A stretch of 64,000 nt of DNA. It comes from Hamiltosporidium tvaerminnensis FI-OER-3-3. Lineage: Eukaryota; Fungi; Microsporidia. The position numbers and the translations under genes were made by a program. Position 1 is the first letter of the stretch, and each line of letters opens with the position of its first letter. Positions 63,851 to 64,000 of the stretch are shown in pieces. The notes under the pieces were generated by a model, which saw nothing but the letters and a program-made list of their open reading frames with translations, ran no database searches and was not told the origin of the DNA. The DNA is taken from contig CM061246.1 of NCBI GenBank assembly GCA_022605425.2, positions 868,001-932,000 on the forward strand, written 5' to 3'.

Positions 63851-64000
63851 GAATCACTATGTGAATAATTAAAATCAAAATTGAATATATTTATGTTTAG
63901 GCCGTAAAACAGACGTATAATATTCTAGATTGAATTTTAAATGTGCCCTTATAGTTTTCACACAAGAAAAAAATATCGGTTAAATTTTTTAGATTGTTTT

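Overview
Very AT-rich, gene-sparse eukaryotic DNA, most consistent with a large-genome microsporidian (Hamiltosporidium-like). This is an inference from divergent, apparently intronless genes, a spore-wall-type protein, a mitosomal-type ferredoxin reductase, CCC motifs before start codons and a lineage-type LRR gene. Seven apparently intact genes are present: a multi-pass membrane protein, a cyclin L/K-like protein, CTU2/Ncs2, a probable spore wall protein, an Arh1-type adrenodoxin reductase, a ~2160-aa Tom1/HUWE1-like protein with no HECT domain, and V-ATPase subunit A. An LRR gene is broken by a single in-frame TGA. The intergenic DNA is a transposon graveyard: a full-length 1754-bp plant-type (DD39D) mariner with perfect 31-bp TIRs and a TA duplication, a decayed SPIN/Buster-type hAT transposase, two RTE-like RT remnants, several tails of an RLE-type non-LTR element, and four copies of a dispersed block of up to ~0.6 kb. 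The most notable observations are the DD39D mariner, the HECT-less Tom1-like giant, the dispersed repeat block, and tandem duplications at the 3' ends of three consecutive genes. I cannot demonstrate a new multi-gene system. All homology calls come from motifs recognised by eye, and remnant boundaries are approximate.
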